The notes under the pieces: model-generated
Database searches by the model: none
The model's input: the letters and a program-made list of their open reading frames with translations, nothing else
Told to the model about the DNA's origin: nothing
Position numbers and translations under genes: made by a program
Part shown: positions 1 through 9,417 of the stretch, piece by piece
Layout of the letters: the number at the start of each line of letters is the position of its first letter
Numbering within the stretch: the stretch's first letter is position 1
Source of the DNA: an uncultured Candidatus Binatia bacterium
GTDB taxonomy: Bacteria; Desulfobacterota; Binatia; UBA9968; JAJDTQ01
Reading direction: 5' to 3'
NCBI GenBank assembly: GCA_965215605.1
Contig: OZ244070.1
Location: 256,001-320,000, forward strand
DNA length: 64,000 bases

Positions 1-778
1 GCATGTCGGAGTCCTGCTCGATATCGGCCACGGCCCTGCGTGCCGCCTCCCGGAACAGCGCCTCCGACGGCTTCTCCCCCATCACCGCGGCCGCCGCGTC
101 GCGGGCCCGGATGGGTGCGGAACCGGTGAGGGTCAACCGGGCGTCCGCCACCGCGCCGTCGCGGCCGAGCGTCACCAGCGCCGCCGCCCCCGCCAGCGCG
201 AAGTCACCGTAGCGGCGGCTTACCTCCTGGAACGCCGCGCCGCTGCCGGCCGCCGGCGACGGCACCCGGACCTCGCGGAGCAGCTCGCCGGGCTCCAGGG
301 CGGTAGTCATGGTGCCCAGAAAGAAATCCTCGGCCGCCACGGTGCGCTCGCCGCCTCCCTCCTGCAGCACGAAGCTCGCGCCCAGCGTGACCATGGCCAC
401 GGGCAACTCGGCGGACGGATATGCGTGGGCCAGGCTGCCGCCCACGGTGCCGCGGTTGCGTATCTGGACGTGGCCGATGAATCCGGCTGCTTCCCGCAGC
501 AGCGGCCATCCCGCGGCCGCCTCTTCGGAGCGCTCCAGCGCCCGCTGCCGGGTCATGGCGCCGATGCGCAACTCGCCGCCCTCAACGGTCAGGAAGTCCA
601 GTTCCGCCACCCCGTTCAGGTCCACCAGGTGCGCGGGGCGGGCGAGGCGGAAGTTCATGAGCGGTACCAGGCTCTGGCCGCCGGCCAGCACCCGGGCGTC
701 CTCGCCCAGACGGGCCAGCAGCGCGGCGGCTTCGGACAAGGTCGTCGGATCGTGGTACTCGAAGCCTGCGGGTTTCAT
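1..778 (-). CDS. Xanthine dehydrogenase/CoxM-family FAD-binding subunit (3' end runs off window)
   Basis: Manual translation from ATG at 778: MKPAGFEYHDPTTLSEA...VLAGGQSLVPLMNFRLARPAHLVDLN...IRNRGTVGGSLAHAYPSAELP. AGGQS and RNRGTVGG are CoxM motifs. Not in the ORF track because there is no stop in the window. Confidence 0.9.
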   Translation of the reverse strand, partial: MKPAGFEYHDPTTLSEAAALLARLGEDARVLAGGQSLVPLMNFRLARPAHLVDLNGVAELDFLTVEGGELRIGAMTRQRALERSEEAAAGWPLLREAAGFIGHVQIRNRGTVGGSLAHAYPSAELPVAMVTLGASFVLQEGGGERTVAAEDFFLGTMTTALEPGELLREVRVPSPAAGSGAAFQEVSRRYGDFALAGAAALVTLGRDGAVADARLTLTGSAPIRARDAAAAVMGEKPSEALFREAARRAVADIEQDSDM

Positions 779-975
779 TTCGCCTCGGAAAAGGGTTGGG
801 GCGGGAACGGCACGGCCCGCCGCTCCACCTTCATGGCGCGGGATTGTAGTACCGGCTGCCGGGAAATGCCAGCCGCCGAAAACTGCGCCAGCCATGATGT
901 TTGCGGGACGGACGGGTTTGGTTCTATGAGTAGGAAATGATCCTGTTGAAGAGATCGATCCGGAGGTCGGCATAG

Positions 976-3291
976 ATGGACACCGCACACGCGAAACGCA
1001 TTCAAACGTCCCTCCACTGGGGCGCTTACCAAGTCGATGTCCAGGGTGGGCGCATCATCGCCGTGCATCCATTGGCCGGTGACCCGGACCCGTCGCCCAT
1101 CGGACAGTCGATCCCGGACGCCGTGCACCACCCCTGCCGGGTGGCCCGGCCCATGGTGCGGAAGGGTTGGCTGGAGCGGGGGCCCGAGCATCACGGAGGT
1201 GGCCGCGGGACGGAGCCGTTCGTCCCGGTGAGCTGGGACGAGGCCCTGGACCTGGTGTCTGGAGAGCTGCGGCGCGTGCGGGAATCCTGCGGCAACTCGG
1301 GAATATTCGGCGGCTCCTACGGCTGGGCCTCCGCGGGCCGCTTCCACCACGCCCAAAGTCAGCTTCACCGCTTCCTGAACCAGTCGGGCGGCTATGTCCG
1401 GTCCGTCAACACCTACAGCTTTGCGGCGGCGGAAGTCATCGTCCCCCATGTCTTTGGCTATGACTGGGGCGCCGTCCGCGGCAGATCCACTTCGTGGCCG
1501 GTGATCGCCAGGCATGCGGAGCTTGTGGTCAGCTTCGGGGGCATCCCGCTCAAGAATACCCAGGTCAGCGCCGGCGGCTTGAGCAGACATGCCATACGGG
1601 GCTGGCTCGAGGGCTGCAGGGAGAACGGGGTCGAGTTCGTGAACATCAGTCCGCTACGGGACGATGCCGCGGACTTCCTCGAGGCGGAATGGCTGGCGCC
1701 GCGCCCCAACACCGACACCGCGCTGATGCTGGGCCTGGCCCACGCGCTGGTTCACGAGGGGCTCCACGACCGGACGTTCCTGGACAAGTACTGTACCGGG
1801 TTCGAGTCCTTTCGGACCTACCTCATGGGTGAGCAGGACGGTCAACCCAAGGACCCTGAGTGGGCGGCGGCCCTGTGCGGCATCCCGGCCGACACCATCC
1901 GGAGCCTAGCCCGGCGCATGGCGGCGGCGCGGACTTTCATTACCGTGAGCTGGTCGCTGCAGCGCGCCGACCACGGCGAACAGCCCTATTGGATGGCGGC
2001 GGTCCTGGCGGCGATGCTGGGCCAGATCGGGCTTCCCGGAGGCGGCATCGGCTACGGCTACGGCGCCACCGGCTCCATGGGCAATCCCGTGAAGTCCGTC
2101 GGCGGGATGGCGCTGCCGCAGGGCGTGAACCCGGTGAGCTCCTTTATTCCGGTGGCGCGCATCGCGGACATGCTTCTCCATCCCGGCGAACCGTTCGACT
2201 ACAACGGACAGCGGTTGCGGTATCCCGACATCCGTCTCGTCTACTGGTGCGGCGGCAACCCCTTTCATCACCACCAGGACCTCAACCGGCTGGTGGAAGC
2301 ATGGCAGCGTCCCGAAACCATCATCGTCCACGAACCCTGGTGGAACCCTCAGGCGCGGCACGCGGACATCGTGCTGCCGGCCACCACCCCCCTGGAACGC
2401 AACGACATCGGCTGGCAGGCCGCCGACCCCGAGGTACTGGCCATGGCACAGGCCATCCCTCCGGTGGGCGAGGCGCGGAACGACTACGACATCTTCTCGG
2501 GCCTCGCCGATCGACTGGAGTTCAAGGACGGCTTCACCGAGGGCCGGCAGGAGAAGGACTGGCTGCAGCACCTCTACGACACGTTCCGCGGGCAGTTCAT
2601 CCGCGAAGGGATAGAGTTGCCGCCGTTCGATGAGTTCTGGCGCGCCGGTCATGTCACCTTGCCGACAGCGGGCGACGAGAAGGTGCTGCTTGCCCAATTC
2701 CGGGAAGATCCGGTCGCGCACCCGTTGCCGACGCCGTCCGGGCGTATCGAGATCTTCTCCGAAACCATCGCCGGCTTCGGCTACGACGACTGCCCCGGAC
2801 ATCCGGCCTGGATCGAGCCGGAGGAGTGGCTGGGCGGAGAGAAGGCCAGCCGTTTCCCGCTCCACCTCATCTCCCATCAGCCAACCACGAGACTTCACAG
2901 TCAGCACGACCCGGGAGCGGTCAGCGTCGCCAACAAGGTGCAGGGCCGCGAGCCGTTGCTGATACACCCCGCCGCCGCGGCCGCCAGGGGGATAGCGGAC
3001 GGCACCGTGATACGCGTGTACAATGATCGCGGAGCCTGTCTCGCCGGCGCCCGCGTCACCCAGAACGTCTCGCCGGACACCGTCGTGCTGGCCACCGGAG
3101 CCTGGTTCGACCCCGCCGCGCCGGGCGGTCTGGAACGGCACGGCAATCCCAACGTCCTGACCCTGGACAAGGGCACCTCGAGGCTCGCTCAGGGCCCCGT
3201 CTCCCAGACGGCGCTTGTGGAGGTCGAGGCGTTCGAGGAGGAGTTGCCGGAGGTGCAGGCTTTCACCGCGCCCGGTGCCGCGGGGACCTGA
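976..3291 (+). CDS. Mo-bisPGD oxidoreductase, biotin/methionine sulfoxide reductase (BisC/TorA/DMSO reductase family), no Tat signal
   Basis: 771 aa; SLHWG start, GGSYGWASAGRFHHAQSQ, NTYS (Mo-ligating Ser), GGNPFHHHQD, C-terminal RLHSQ molybdopterin dinucleotide-binding domain. Confidence 0.9.
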   Translation: MDTAHAKRIQTSLHWGAYQVDVQGGRIIAVHPLAGDPDPSPIGQSIPDAVHHPCRVARPMVRKGWLERGPEHHGGGRGTEPFVPVSWDEALDLVSGELRRVRESCGNSGIFGGSYGWASAGRFHHAQSQLHRFLNQSGGYVRSVNTYSFAAAEVIVPHVFGYDWGAVRGRSTSWPVIARHAELVVSFGGIPLKNTQVSAGGLSRHAIRGWLEGCRENGVEFVNISPLRDDAADFLEAEWLAPRPNTDTALMLGLAHALVHEGLHDRTFLDKYCTGFESFRTYLMGEQDGQPKDPEWAAALCGIPADTIRSLARRMAAARTFITVSWSLQRADHGEQPYWMAAVLAAMLGQIGLPGGGIGYGYGATGSMGNPVKSVGGMALPQGVNPVSSFIPVARIADMLLHPGEPFDYNGQRLRYPDIRLVYWCGGNPFHHHQDLNRLVEAWQRPETIIVHEPWWNPQARHADIVLPATTPLERNDIGWQAADPEVLAMAQAIPPVGEARNDYDIFSGLADRLEFKDGFTEGRQEKDWLQHLYDTFRGQFIREGIELPPFDEFWRAGHVTLPTAGDEKVLLAQFREDPVAHPLPTPSGRIEIFSETIAGFGYDDCPGHPAWIEPEEWLGGEKASRFPLHLISHQPTTRLHSQHDPGAVSVANKVQGREPLLIHPAAAAARGIADGTVIRVYNDRGACLAGARVTQNVSPDTVVLATGAWFDPAAPGGLERHGNPNVLTLDKGTSRLAQGPVSQTALVEVEAFEEELPEVQAFTAPGAAGT

Positions 3292-3363
3292 GCTGCCGCG
3301 GACAACAGCAACATCCTGTGCATCCGGGTCAACGTGCCTGCGAAACGCGGCACCGGCCGGCTT

Positions 3364-3392
3364 TTGCCTCCATGATGGCCGGCTGCTAACTT
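3364..3392 (+). promoter_or_regulatory. Putative sigma70 promoter for tRNA-Sec
   Basis: TTGCCT-17 nt-TAACTT with extended TG, 12 nt upstream of the tRNA 5' end. Confidence 0.5.
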
Positions 3393-3404
3393 GTGGGCTC
3401 ACGT

Positions 3405-3499
3405 GGAGAAGGAAGGTGCCCGGTGGTGCCGCTGGTCTTCAAAACCAGTCTGAGGGCCGTAAGGTTCTCGGAGGGTTCGACTCCCTCCCTTCTCCGCCA
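3405..3499 (+). tRNA. selC: tRNA-Sec (anticodon UCA)
   Basis: 8-bp acceptor GGAGAAGG/CCTTCTCC plus GCCA, 6-bp D stem with 4-nt loop, anticodon arm CTGGT-CTTCAAA-ACCAG, long variable arm, 5-bp T stem GAGGG-TTCGACT-CCCTC; the bacterial 8/5 Sec fold. Confidence 0.96.
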
Positions 3500-3627
3500 C
3501 CACGCGAGCCTGCGCATGGCAAGCGGCCGGAATACCCGTGGGGAACGCTTCGCCCCACCCTTCAGGGTCCGCGGCGAACGGAAGCGCGCCGGAGCCGCCG
3601 CCCCTTGAGCCGGGGCGGGAATACGCG

Positions 3628-4857
3628 ATGAGCACCTCCGCCGACCTCACAGCCGCACCCGACGCCGCAGCGCCGGAACCATCCCGTAGCCGCGTGCTCG
3701 GGCTGCTGACCGTGGGCCACGGCGTCACGCACATATTCCAGGGCACCATGGCCGTGTGCCTGCCGCTGGTGGTGCGCGACTTCGGCATCTCCTACACCGA
3801 GATCGGCGTGTTGCGCTCGGCGCAGCGGGTGTCCCACATCCTGAGCATCACCATCGGCGGCCTGGCCACCGACCTGCTGCGGGACCGCAGAGGCATCCTG
3901 CTGCTGTCGCTCCTGTGGCCCTCCCTGTTCTTCTCGCTCCAGGGATTTGCCGCGACCTTCTGGATCTTCGGCGCCCTGGTGTGCACCCAGGCCCTGTTGG
4001 GCGGTTTCCTGTGGCACGCGCCCGCGCGCGCGGTGGTGGGCGAGAAGTTCCCGGACCGCATGGGTTTCGCCTTGGGGGTACACGCCATGGGGGCGAACGT
4101 CGGCGCGGCCCTGGCCCCCATCGTGGTGGGCGCGCTGCTCACCTGGATCACGTGGCGCACCGCCTACCTGTTCCAGTTCGTGCCGGGCGTCGCCATTGCG
4201 CTCTTTCTCTGGGCGGTGCTGCCGCCCCTGCGGCACGACGCCACGGCGCGCAACCGTTCCGCTTCCTACGGCCGGGCCCTGCGCGCCGACATCCTCACCA
4301 ACCTGCCGCTGATGGGCGTGACCCTGGTGGCGGCGCTGCGCTCCATCGGGGAGAACCTGGTCCCCACCTTCCTGCCGCTCTACCTGACCACGGACCTGAA
4401 CATGGGCATCGTCACGGTGGGCGTCTACCTCGCGTGCCTGGCGCTGGTGGGCACCATCTTCGCGCCGGTCATCGGGCACCTCTCCGACCGCTTCGGACGG
4501 AAAGGCACCATCTTTCTCTCGCTTCTCACCGGGGGCCTGCTCATCGGCTCCATACCGTTGATGCCGTCCGGGTGGTTCCTGCTTCCGGTGGTGTCCCTCG
4601 GCGGCATGGCGCTCTTCGCCGTGGGACCCATCATCCAGGCCAGCGGGCTGGAGCACGCGCCCAGGGATATCTGGGGCGCGGCCCAGACCTTCATGGACGT
4701 GGGGCGCTCGACCCTGTCGCTGGTGTTCCCGCTGGTGGCCGGCGCCGTGGCCGACATTTACGGACTGCGCTACACGTTCTATCTCTTCGGCGCCATCAAC
4801 CTGTTGGGTGCATTCACCATCCTGGTGGTTCCCGCCGCGCGCACGCGGAAGCGGTAG
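3628..4857 (+). CDS. MFS transporter
   Basis: About 12 hydrophobic segments; motif A GHLSDRFGRK; start could be 3538. Confidence 0.88.
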   Translation: MSTSADLTAAPDAAAPEPSRSRVLGLLTVGHGVTHIFQGTMAVCLPLVVRDFGISYTEIGVLRSAQRVSHILSITIGGLATDLLRDRRGILLLSLLWPSLFFSLQGFAATFWIFGALVCTQALLGGFLWHAPARAVVGEKFPDRMGFALGVHAMGANVGAALAPIVVGALLTWITWRTAYLFQFVPGVAIALFLWAVLPPLRHDATARNRSASYGRALRADILTNLPLMGVTLVAALRSIGENLVPTFLPLYLTTDLNMGIVTVGVYLACLALVGTIFAPVIGHLSDRFGRKGTIFLSLLTGGLLIGSIPLMPSGWFLLPVVSLGGMALFAVGPIIQASGLEHAPRDIWGAAQTFMDVGRSTLSLVFPLVAGAVADIYGLRYTFYLFGAINLLGAFTILVVPAARTRKR

Positions 4858-4943
4858 CAAGGCGTAGAAGTCCGGACACAGCCTGTGAGACGGAGCCGGC
4901 CAAGGCTCCCATCCAAGTCGAACAATCCCAAGGAGGAGAATTC

Positions 4944-6035
4944 ATGACGGCGGTAAGAATCGGGGTCATCGGAGGCGGCTTCGGCACCCAACACCTGCAA
5001 GGCTACCGCGCCACCGACAACGCGGAGGTGGTGGCGTTCTGCCAACGGACGCCGGAAAGAGCGGAGGCGACCGCCAAGGCATTTGGCGTGCCCCACGTGT
5101 ACACCGACTACCGCCAGCTCCTGGACCACCCCGGCCTCGACGCCGTCAGCATCGTGGCGCCGCCGCATCTCCACGCGGAGATGGTCGCGGCGGCCGTCGA
5201 CCACGGACTGCACCTGCTGTGCGAGAAGCCCCTGGCCATGAACTCCGCCCAGGCCGAGACCATGCTTTCGCAGGCAGAAGCCGCCGGGCGCGTGCACATG
5301 ACCGCCTTCAACCACCGCCACATCCCGGCGCTGGCCTACATGAAGGAACTGCTGGACGGCGGCTACGTGGGCGCGCGCGTGTACCAAGTGGAGGCCCGCT
5401 GGTTCAGCGAGAACCGCGCCACGCCCGGCCTGACCCACTACTGGCGCCACCAGCGGGAGCTGGCCGGCTTCGGCGTGATGGGGGACATCGGCGTACACAT
5501 GGTGGACCGGCTCCGCTGGCTAATCGGCGAGTTCGAGAGCGTCTGGGGCCACGCCGACACCTTCATCCCGGAGTTGCCGGATGGGAGCGGCACACCGCGG
5601 CCGGTGACCGTGGAGGACAGCTTCACGCTGCTCGGGCGTCTGTCGGGCGGCGCCACAGCGTGCATCCGCCTGAGCGCGGTGGCGCGCAAGAGCAATTACC
5701 AGAACCTGGAGATCTACGGCGACGCCGGGATGCTGCGCTTCGTCTTCGACCGCAACGTCCGGGGCTGGGTGCGCGGCCACCTCTGGGGCGCCCGGGGCGA
5801 CGCGCGCTCCCCCGAACCGTTGGACATTCCCGAACGCTACACCCGCGGACTCGACGACTCCGACCCCCAGCGCGCCCAGGGCGAGTTCATCTTCGCCAAG
5901 CTCACCCGCGACTTCGTCGACGCCGTCCGCAACGGCACACCCGCCGCACCCACCTTCGCCGACGGACTCGCCGCCCAACGCGTGCTCGACGCCGCCCTGC
6001 GCGCCGCGGAGCAGGAACGGTGGGTATTCGTATGA
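4944..6035 (+). CDS. Gfo/Idh/MocA family oxidoreductase
   Basis: RBS AAGGAGG; RIGVIGGGFG, LCEKPLA, GVMGDIGVH. Confidence 0.92.
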   Translation: MTAVRIGVIGGGFGTQHLQGYRATDNAEVVAFCQRTPERAEATAKAFGVPHVYTDYRQLLDHPGLDAVSIVAPPHLHAEMVAAAVDHGLHLLCEKPLAMNSAQAETMLSQAEAAGRVHMTAFNHRHIPALAYMKELLDGGYVGARVYQVEARWFSENRATPGLTHYWRHQRELAGFGVMGDIGVHMVDRLRWLIGEFESVWGHADTFIPELPDGSGTPRPVTVEDSFTLLGRLSGGATACIRLSAVARKSNYQNLEIYGDAGMLRFVFDRNVRGWVRGHLWGARGDARSPEPLDIPERYTRGLDDSDPQRAQGEFIFAKLTRDFVDAVRNGTPAAPTFADGLAAQRVLDAALRAAEQERWVFV

Positions 6036-6103
6036 CCACAAGGCGACCTATCCAGGAAGCCGCATCAACCGTCCAGACAGAATTCACGAAGCACCCCGTG
6101 CAA

Positions 6104-6141
6104 CCGTTTGTCCTGAGCGTAGCGAAGCGGAGTCGAAGGGC
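6104..6141. repeat. REP-like extragenic element at left edge of the atypical block
   Basis: CCGTTTGTCCTGAGCGTAGCGAAGCGGAGTCGAAGGGC resembles the common ...CCTGAGC...GTCGAAGG REP-type element (recognised by eye). Confidence 0.5.
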
Positions 6142-6240
6142 GCCATTCTCAGTCTCAGGCATCCGGCGCCGAAGCCGCCTCGGCCAAAAGCCACGAACAC
6201 GCGGAGAGCCGATCCGTCCGAACATCAAGGGAGAAGCCGT

Positions 6241-7824
6241 ATGTTGACACTCAAGATGTCCAAGCCCCACTGCAAGACAGAGCAAAGTCATTTCAGGCCT
6301 CACTCCATCATCCTCGCTCTCATCCTCCTGGCGGGTTTGGTGGGTTGCGACCAGCGCGAAGAGCAGCAGAACGAATCAAAACTCGCAAATCCGCGGCAAC
6401 CGGGAACCCAGTCCGCTCAATTGGATGCGCTGAAGGACCAGATACAACAACTGCAAAGCGCCTTTGGCGCGCAGTCCGACATTCTGCAACAGATACGGGA
6501 CAACACCATGCCTCCTGAGTGGGAAAGCCGCCTCGCGGAACTTGAAGAGCAGGTGAGCGACGTCAGCCGATGGCCGAAGAACCCCGGCGAGGCCGAGAGT
6601 TTCCTTGAAGGGGTATCCGCACTGGTCACTGGCCTCCCATTATGGGCCGAACCGCAGTACCTTCCGCGGCTCTCGCGGATCCGTTGGGCAGCGATGGTAT
6701 TCACGACGTTGAATGACGCGCCGGATGCAGATTCGCCGCTCGCCACGAGTACAACCCCAACGACATGCAGGTACGGCTGGAAGCATCTGAATGCGCCGCC
6801 CGATGAGGACCTGTCGCCTGACCAACTGGACCAACGGGTCGACCAACTGCGCGCCTTGGCGACAGCCACACCGGAAGGCACCGCTGAGGAGTTGGTTTCA
6901 CTGATACAGGAGTGCGCCAACGCACTCTCTGGCGAGGCTGTTCGGCGGCGCGTCTCCGAGGCCGTACAGGAGGCGGAACAACTCCTGGAGGGACCTCAGG
7001 ACGCCACCGCCAACATGGCAGAGGTTGTCGCGCTCGAACTCGATGCAGTAGAGCAGGAGGCCGTTGACCCCGACGTCGATATCCCGGCCCTGCGACAGAA
7101 GCTATACAAAGAGGTCCTGCGACGCCAAGCCGTTGAGCAGGTCGACGGTTTGCGAAGCGATTGGCAGACCGTACGGCAATTCAAGCCCGATCTACCCTCC
7201 ATCTATGAAGCTCATCAGCCTCAATGGCGTCAGTACTTGCTTCGGAGAGCGGAGCGCGCTCAACAGGCAGTCCGCGTGACCGCTCTCAGGACACTACTGC
7301 AGCAGGTGGCATCGTCCCGTATGGCACTGGTTCTGGACGGCGTCCACGCGCCGGCCCACGAACGGCTGGAAAGAGAGTTGCGTCATGCCGTAGCCATTCA
7401 CGAAACCGAAGCGACTCGCCAGGCTGAAGAGCGCCACGCTCGCGCGGTGCGGTCGTATCAGCGTTGGGCGCTTGCCGAAATCAGGAAGTTCAATGATCAG
7501 TTTCAAGAGATATCCGAAAAGGCTGTTCAAGCTAGTTCGTGGTTGGACACAGCAAGGGTGATCGTCAGGCGTAGCCCCGAGGCCCGTGGGCGTATGGCGT
7601 ATAAGGACATCGTACAGTATCGAGAGGTCCGACAAGCCATGATCGACCACCTCCTGCCCATCAACCGCGCTTTGCTGGACCTGCCCGTTCACAAACTCTA
7701 CGAACAGGCGTTTGAGAAAGGTTGGACGAAGTTGGCCGGACGCCGCGAGCAGACGGAGGTGGCGGAGGCCACAGCGTCGGCCAAGAAAGAACCGCTACGA
7801 GCATTTCTGGAGGACGGCTCGTGA
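6241..7824 (+). CDS. Hypothetical coiled-coil lipoprotein
   Basis: 527 aa; hydrophobic IILALILLAG then lipobox LVGC with Asp at +2; long Q/E/L/A-rich helical stretches; start may be 6256. Confidence 0.75.
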   Translation: MLTLKMSKPHCKTEQSHFRPHSIILALILLAGLVGCDQREEQQNESKLANPRQPGTQSAQLDALKDQIQQLQSAFGAQSDILQQIRDNTMPPEWESRLAELEEQVSDVSRWPKNPGEAESFLEGVSALVTGLPLWAEPQYLPRLSRIRWAAMVFTTLNDAPDADSPLATSTTPTTCRYGWKHLNAPPDEDLSPDQLDQRVDQLRALATATPEGTAEELVSLIQECANALSGEAVRRRVSEAVQEAEQLLEGPQDATANMAEVVALELDAVEQEAVDPDVDIPALRQKLYKEVLRRQAVEQVDGLRSDWQTVRQFKPDLPSIYEAHQPQWRQYLLRRAERAQQAVRVTALRTLLQQVASSRMALVLDGVHAPAHERLERELRHAVAIHETEATRQAEERHARAVRSYQRWALAEIRKFNDQFQEISEKAVQASSWLDTARVIVRRSPEARGRMAYKDIVQYREVRQAMIDHLLPINRALLDLPVHKLYEQAFEKGWTKLAGRREQTEVAEATASAKKEPLRAFLEDGS

Positions 7825-7825
7825 G
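7803..7825 (+). repeat. 23-bp direct repeat, copy 1 (RBS plus GTGA stop/start overlap)
   Basis: ATTTCTGGAGGACGGCTCGTGAG; 22/23 identical to 10973-10995. Confidence 0.85.
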
Positions 7826-8039
7826 CCACCGTCCAGTGGAGCAGCTTGACACTACCACTCCGGCCTTCAACGTGTTGCCGGCTTGTGCTTTGCCTTGGGT
7901 TCTGACCAAATGGGCTGTCGATGCTGGTGAAAAGGACTCCACCCGAACCGACCGCCGGGCGGGATCGACACGACCCAACCGCGACGACGCGTCGATCCCA
8001 AGAGATGCCGGCCGCACTCAAAGGACTCATACGACATGA
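7821..8039 (+). CDS. Small hypothetical protein (72 aa), translationally coupled at both ends
   Basis: GTG overlaps the lipoprotein stop (GTGA) after GGAGG; its TGA overlaps the ycjX ATG (ATGA, 8036-8039). Confidence 0.4.
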   Translation: MSHRPVEQLDTTTPAFNVLPACALPWVLTKWAVDAGEKDSTRTDRRAGSTRPNRDDASIPRDAGRTQRTHTT

Positions 8040-9406
8040 TATTCGACTTGACGACGAAGAAAAGAAAGATTGCCATCACCGGCCTGTCCGGAAGCGGCAA
8101 GACGGCCTTCCTGACCTCTCTGTTATGGCACCTGCACGAATTCGACAACATGAACTTTGAACTCGACAACAAGGCGAAGATTACTCAATTTCGCGAAGTT
8201 CCGGGCCCACTGGCTTTTCCGTTCGAGCAGTTTCGGAGTCTCATGGCCGCGGAAGAGAGTCGTTGGCCCATGAAGACGACACACGACCATCGTTACGTAT
8301 GCACCTTCACCCGCTCTGACCAACGATGGAAACAACAGCTGGAATTCTTCGATTTCCCCGGCGAGCGTATCGCGGACGTGGGGATTGCGCTGCATGACGA
8401 TTTCGCCCTTTGGTCCCGCTACATGCTTGCACAATTGGCCAGCGACTCCTCTCGCTGGGACGCGGTCCAGGCATTCGAGCAGGATCTGGAGGCCATCCTG
8501 GCTGCATCCGCCAAACCGTCACAGAACGACACTGGGACGTCTTTCGACCGGTTGCAACAGGTCGTCGGCAGCTATTGGAGGCTCCTGGCGCGATTCGCAT
8601 TGAATTGCCGGCTCCTGGTATCGCCGTCAGAGTTCATGTTGAGTCGTCACGGCGATGTGGCCAGACGCGATCAACCGGATAAATTGGCCGAGGACCGGCT
8701 TCATCGTTCGGATCTGTCGAGTCGGTTCGCCCCGCTGCCGGCACACCTGTTGGACAAGGATCCCAGTTTGTCACATGCGATGCACGCGCGCTACAAACAC
8801 TACCGCAAGGATGTGGTCATGCCAGTATTCGAGAAAATGACCAGCGTTCACAGCCTGATCGTACTGGTGGATATCCGATCACTACTTCTCGGCGGCGTTG
8901 ATCGTTACAACGACAATCGCCAGGTCCTGCAGGCCTTGTTCGAAAACATGCAGGATCATTCCTCCATCCGCCGCCTGTTCAGGAAATTGAAATTTTGGTC
9001 ACCCGCGGTGCAACGGGTGGCCTTTGTCGCCACAAAAGCCGACCTCGTCAGGAAGGACGACCTGGACAAGGGTCGCATGAAGTCCTTGTTGCACAGCATG
9101 ACTCGGCGCGTAAAGGAACTGTGTCCCAAAGCAGACGTAAGATGGTTTGATTGCAGCTCCTGCGTCTCCACCTTTCGGACGGACAAGATGGACGATGACA
9201 AGCTGGGCGGTGTCCCGGTCCACGACAACAATCCAAACCGTTCAGACATGGAGTTTTTCGTGTCCTCGTTGCCAGAGGATTGGCCGGACGACTGGGATCC
9301 GGATTGTTACCAGTTCCCCGATGTGGCCCCTCGTTTGCCGCGCAATCGCCAGAGGCCTCCTCGGCATCGAAATCTGGACGCCGTATTCGACTTTGTCGCC
9401 AAGTAG
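8036..9406 (+). CDS. ycjX: YcjX-family P-loop NTPase (DUF463)
   Basis: IAITGLSGSGKTAFLTSL (Walker A), DFPGE, IVLVD, FVATKAD, HRNLDAVFDFV; all parallel YcjX motifs. Confidence 0.88.
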   Translation: MIFDLTTKKRKIAITGLSGSGKTAFLTSLLWHLHEFDNMNFELDNKAKITQFREVPGPLAFPFEQFRSLMAAEESRWPMKTTHDHRYVCTFTRSDQRWKQQLEFFDFPGERIADVGIALHDDFALWSRYMLAQLASDSSRWDAVQAFEQDLEAILAASAKPSQNDTGTSFDRLQQVVGSYWRLLARFALNCRLLVSPSEFMLSRHGDVARRDQPDKLAEDRLHRSDLSSRFAPLPAHLLDKDPSLSHAMHARYKHYRKDVVMPVFEKMTSVHSLIVLVDIRSLLLGGVDRYNDNRQVLQALFENMQDHSSIRRLFRKLKFWSPAVQRVAFVATKADLVRKDDLDKGRMKSLLHSMTRRVKELCPKADVRWFDCSSCVSTFRTDKMDDDKLGGVPVHDNNPNRSDMEFFVSSLPEDWPDDWDPDCYQFPDVAPRLPRNRQRPPRHRNLDAVFDFVAK

Positions 9407-9417
9407 GGAGGGCTGCC

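Noticed and set aside
3756-6035. 759-aa ORF suggesting an N-terminally extended oxidoreductase
   Set aside because: The upstream part is an off-frame overlap with the MFS gene; the real start is 4944, after AAGGAGG.
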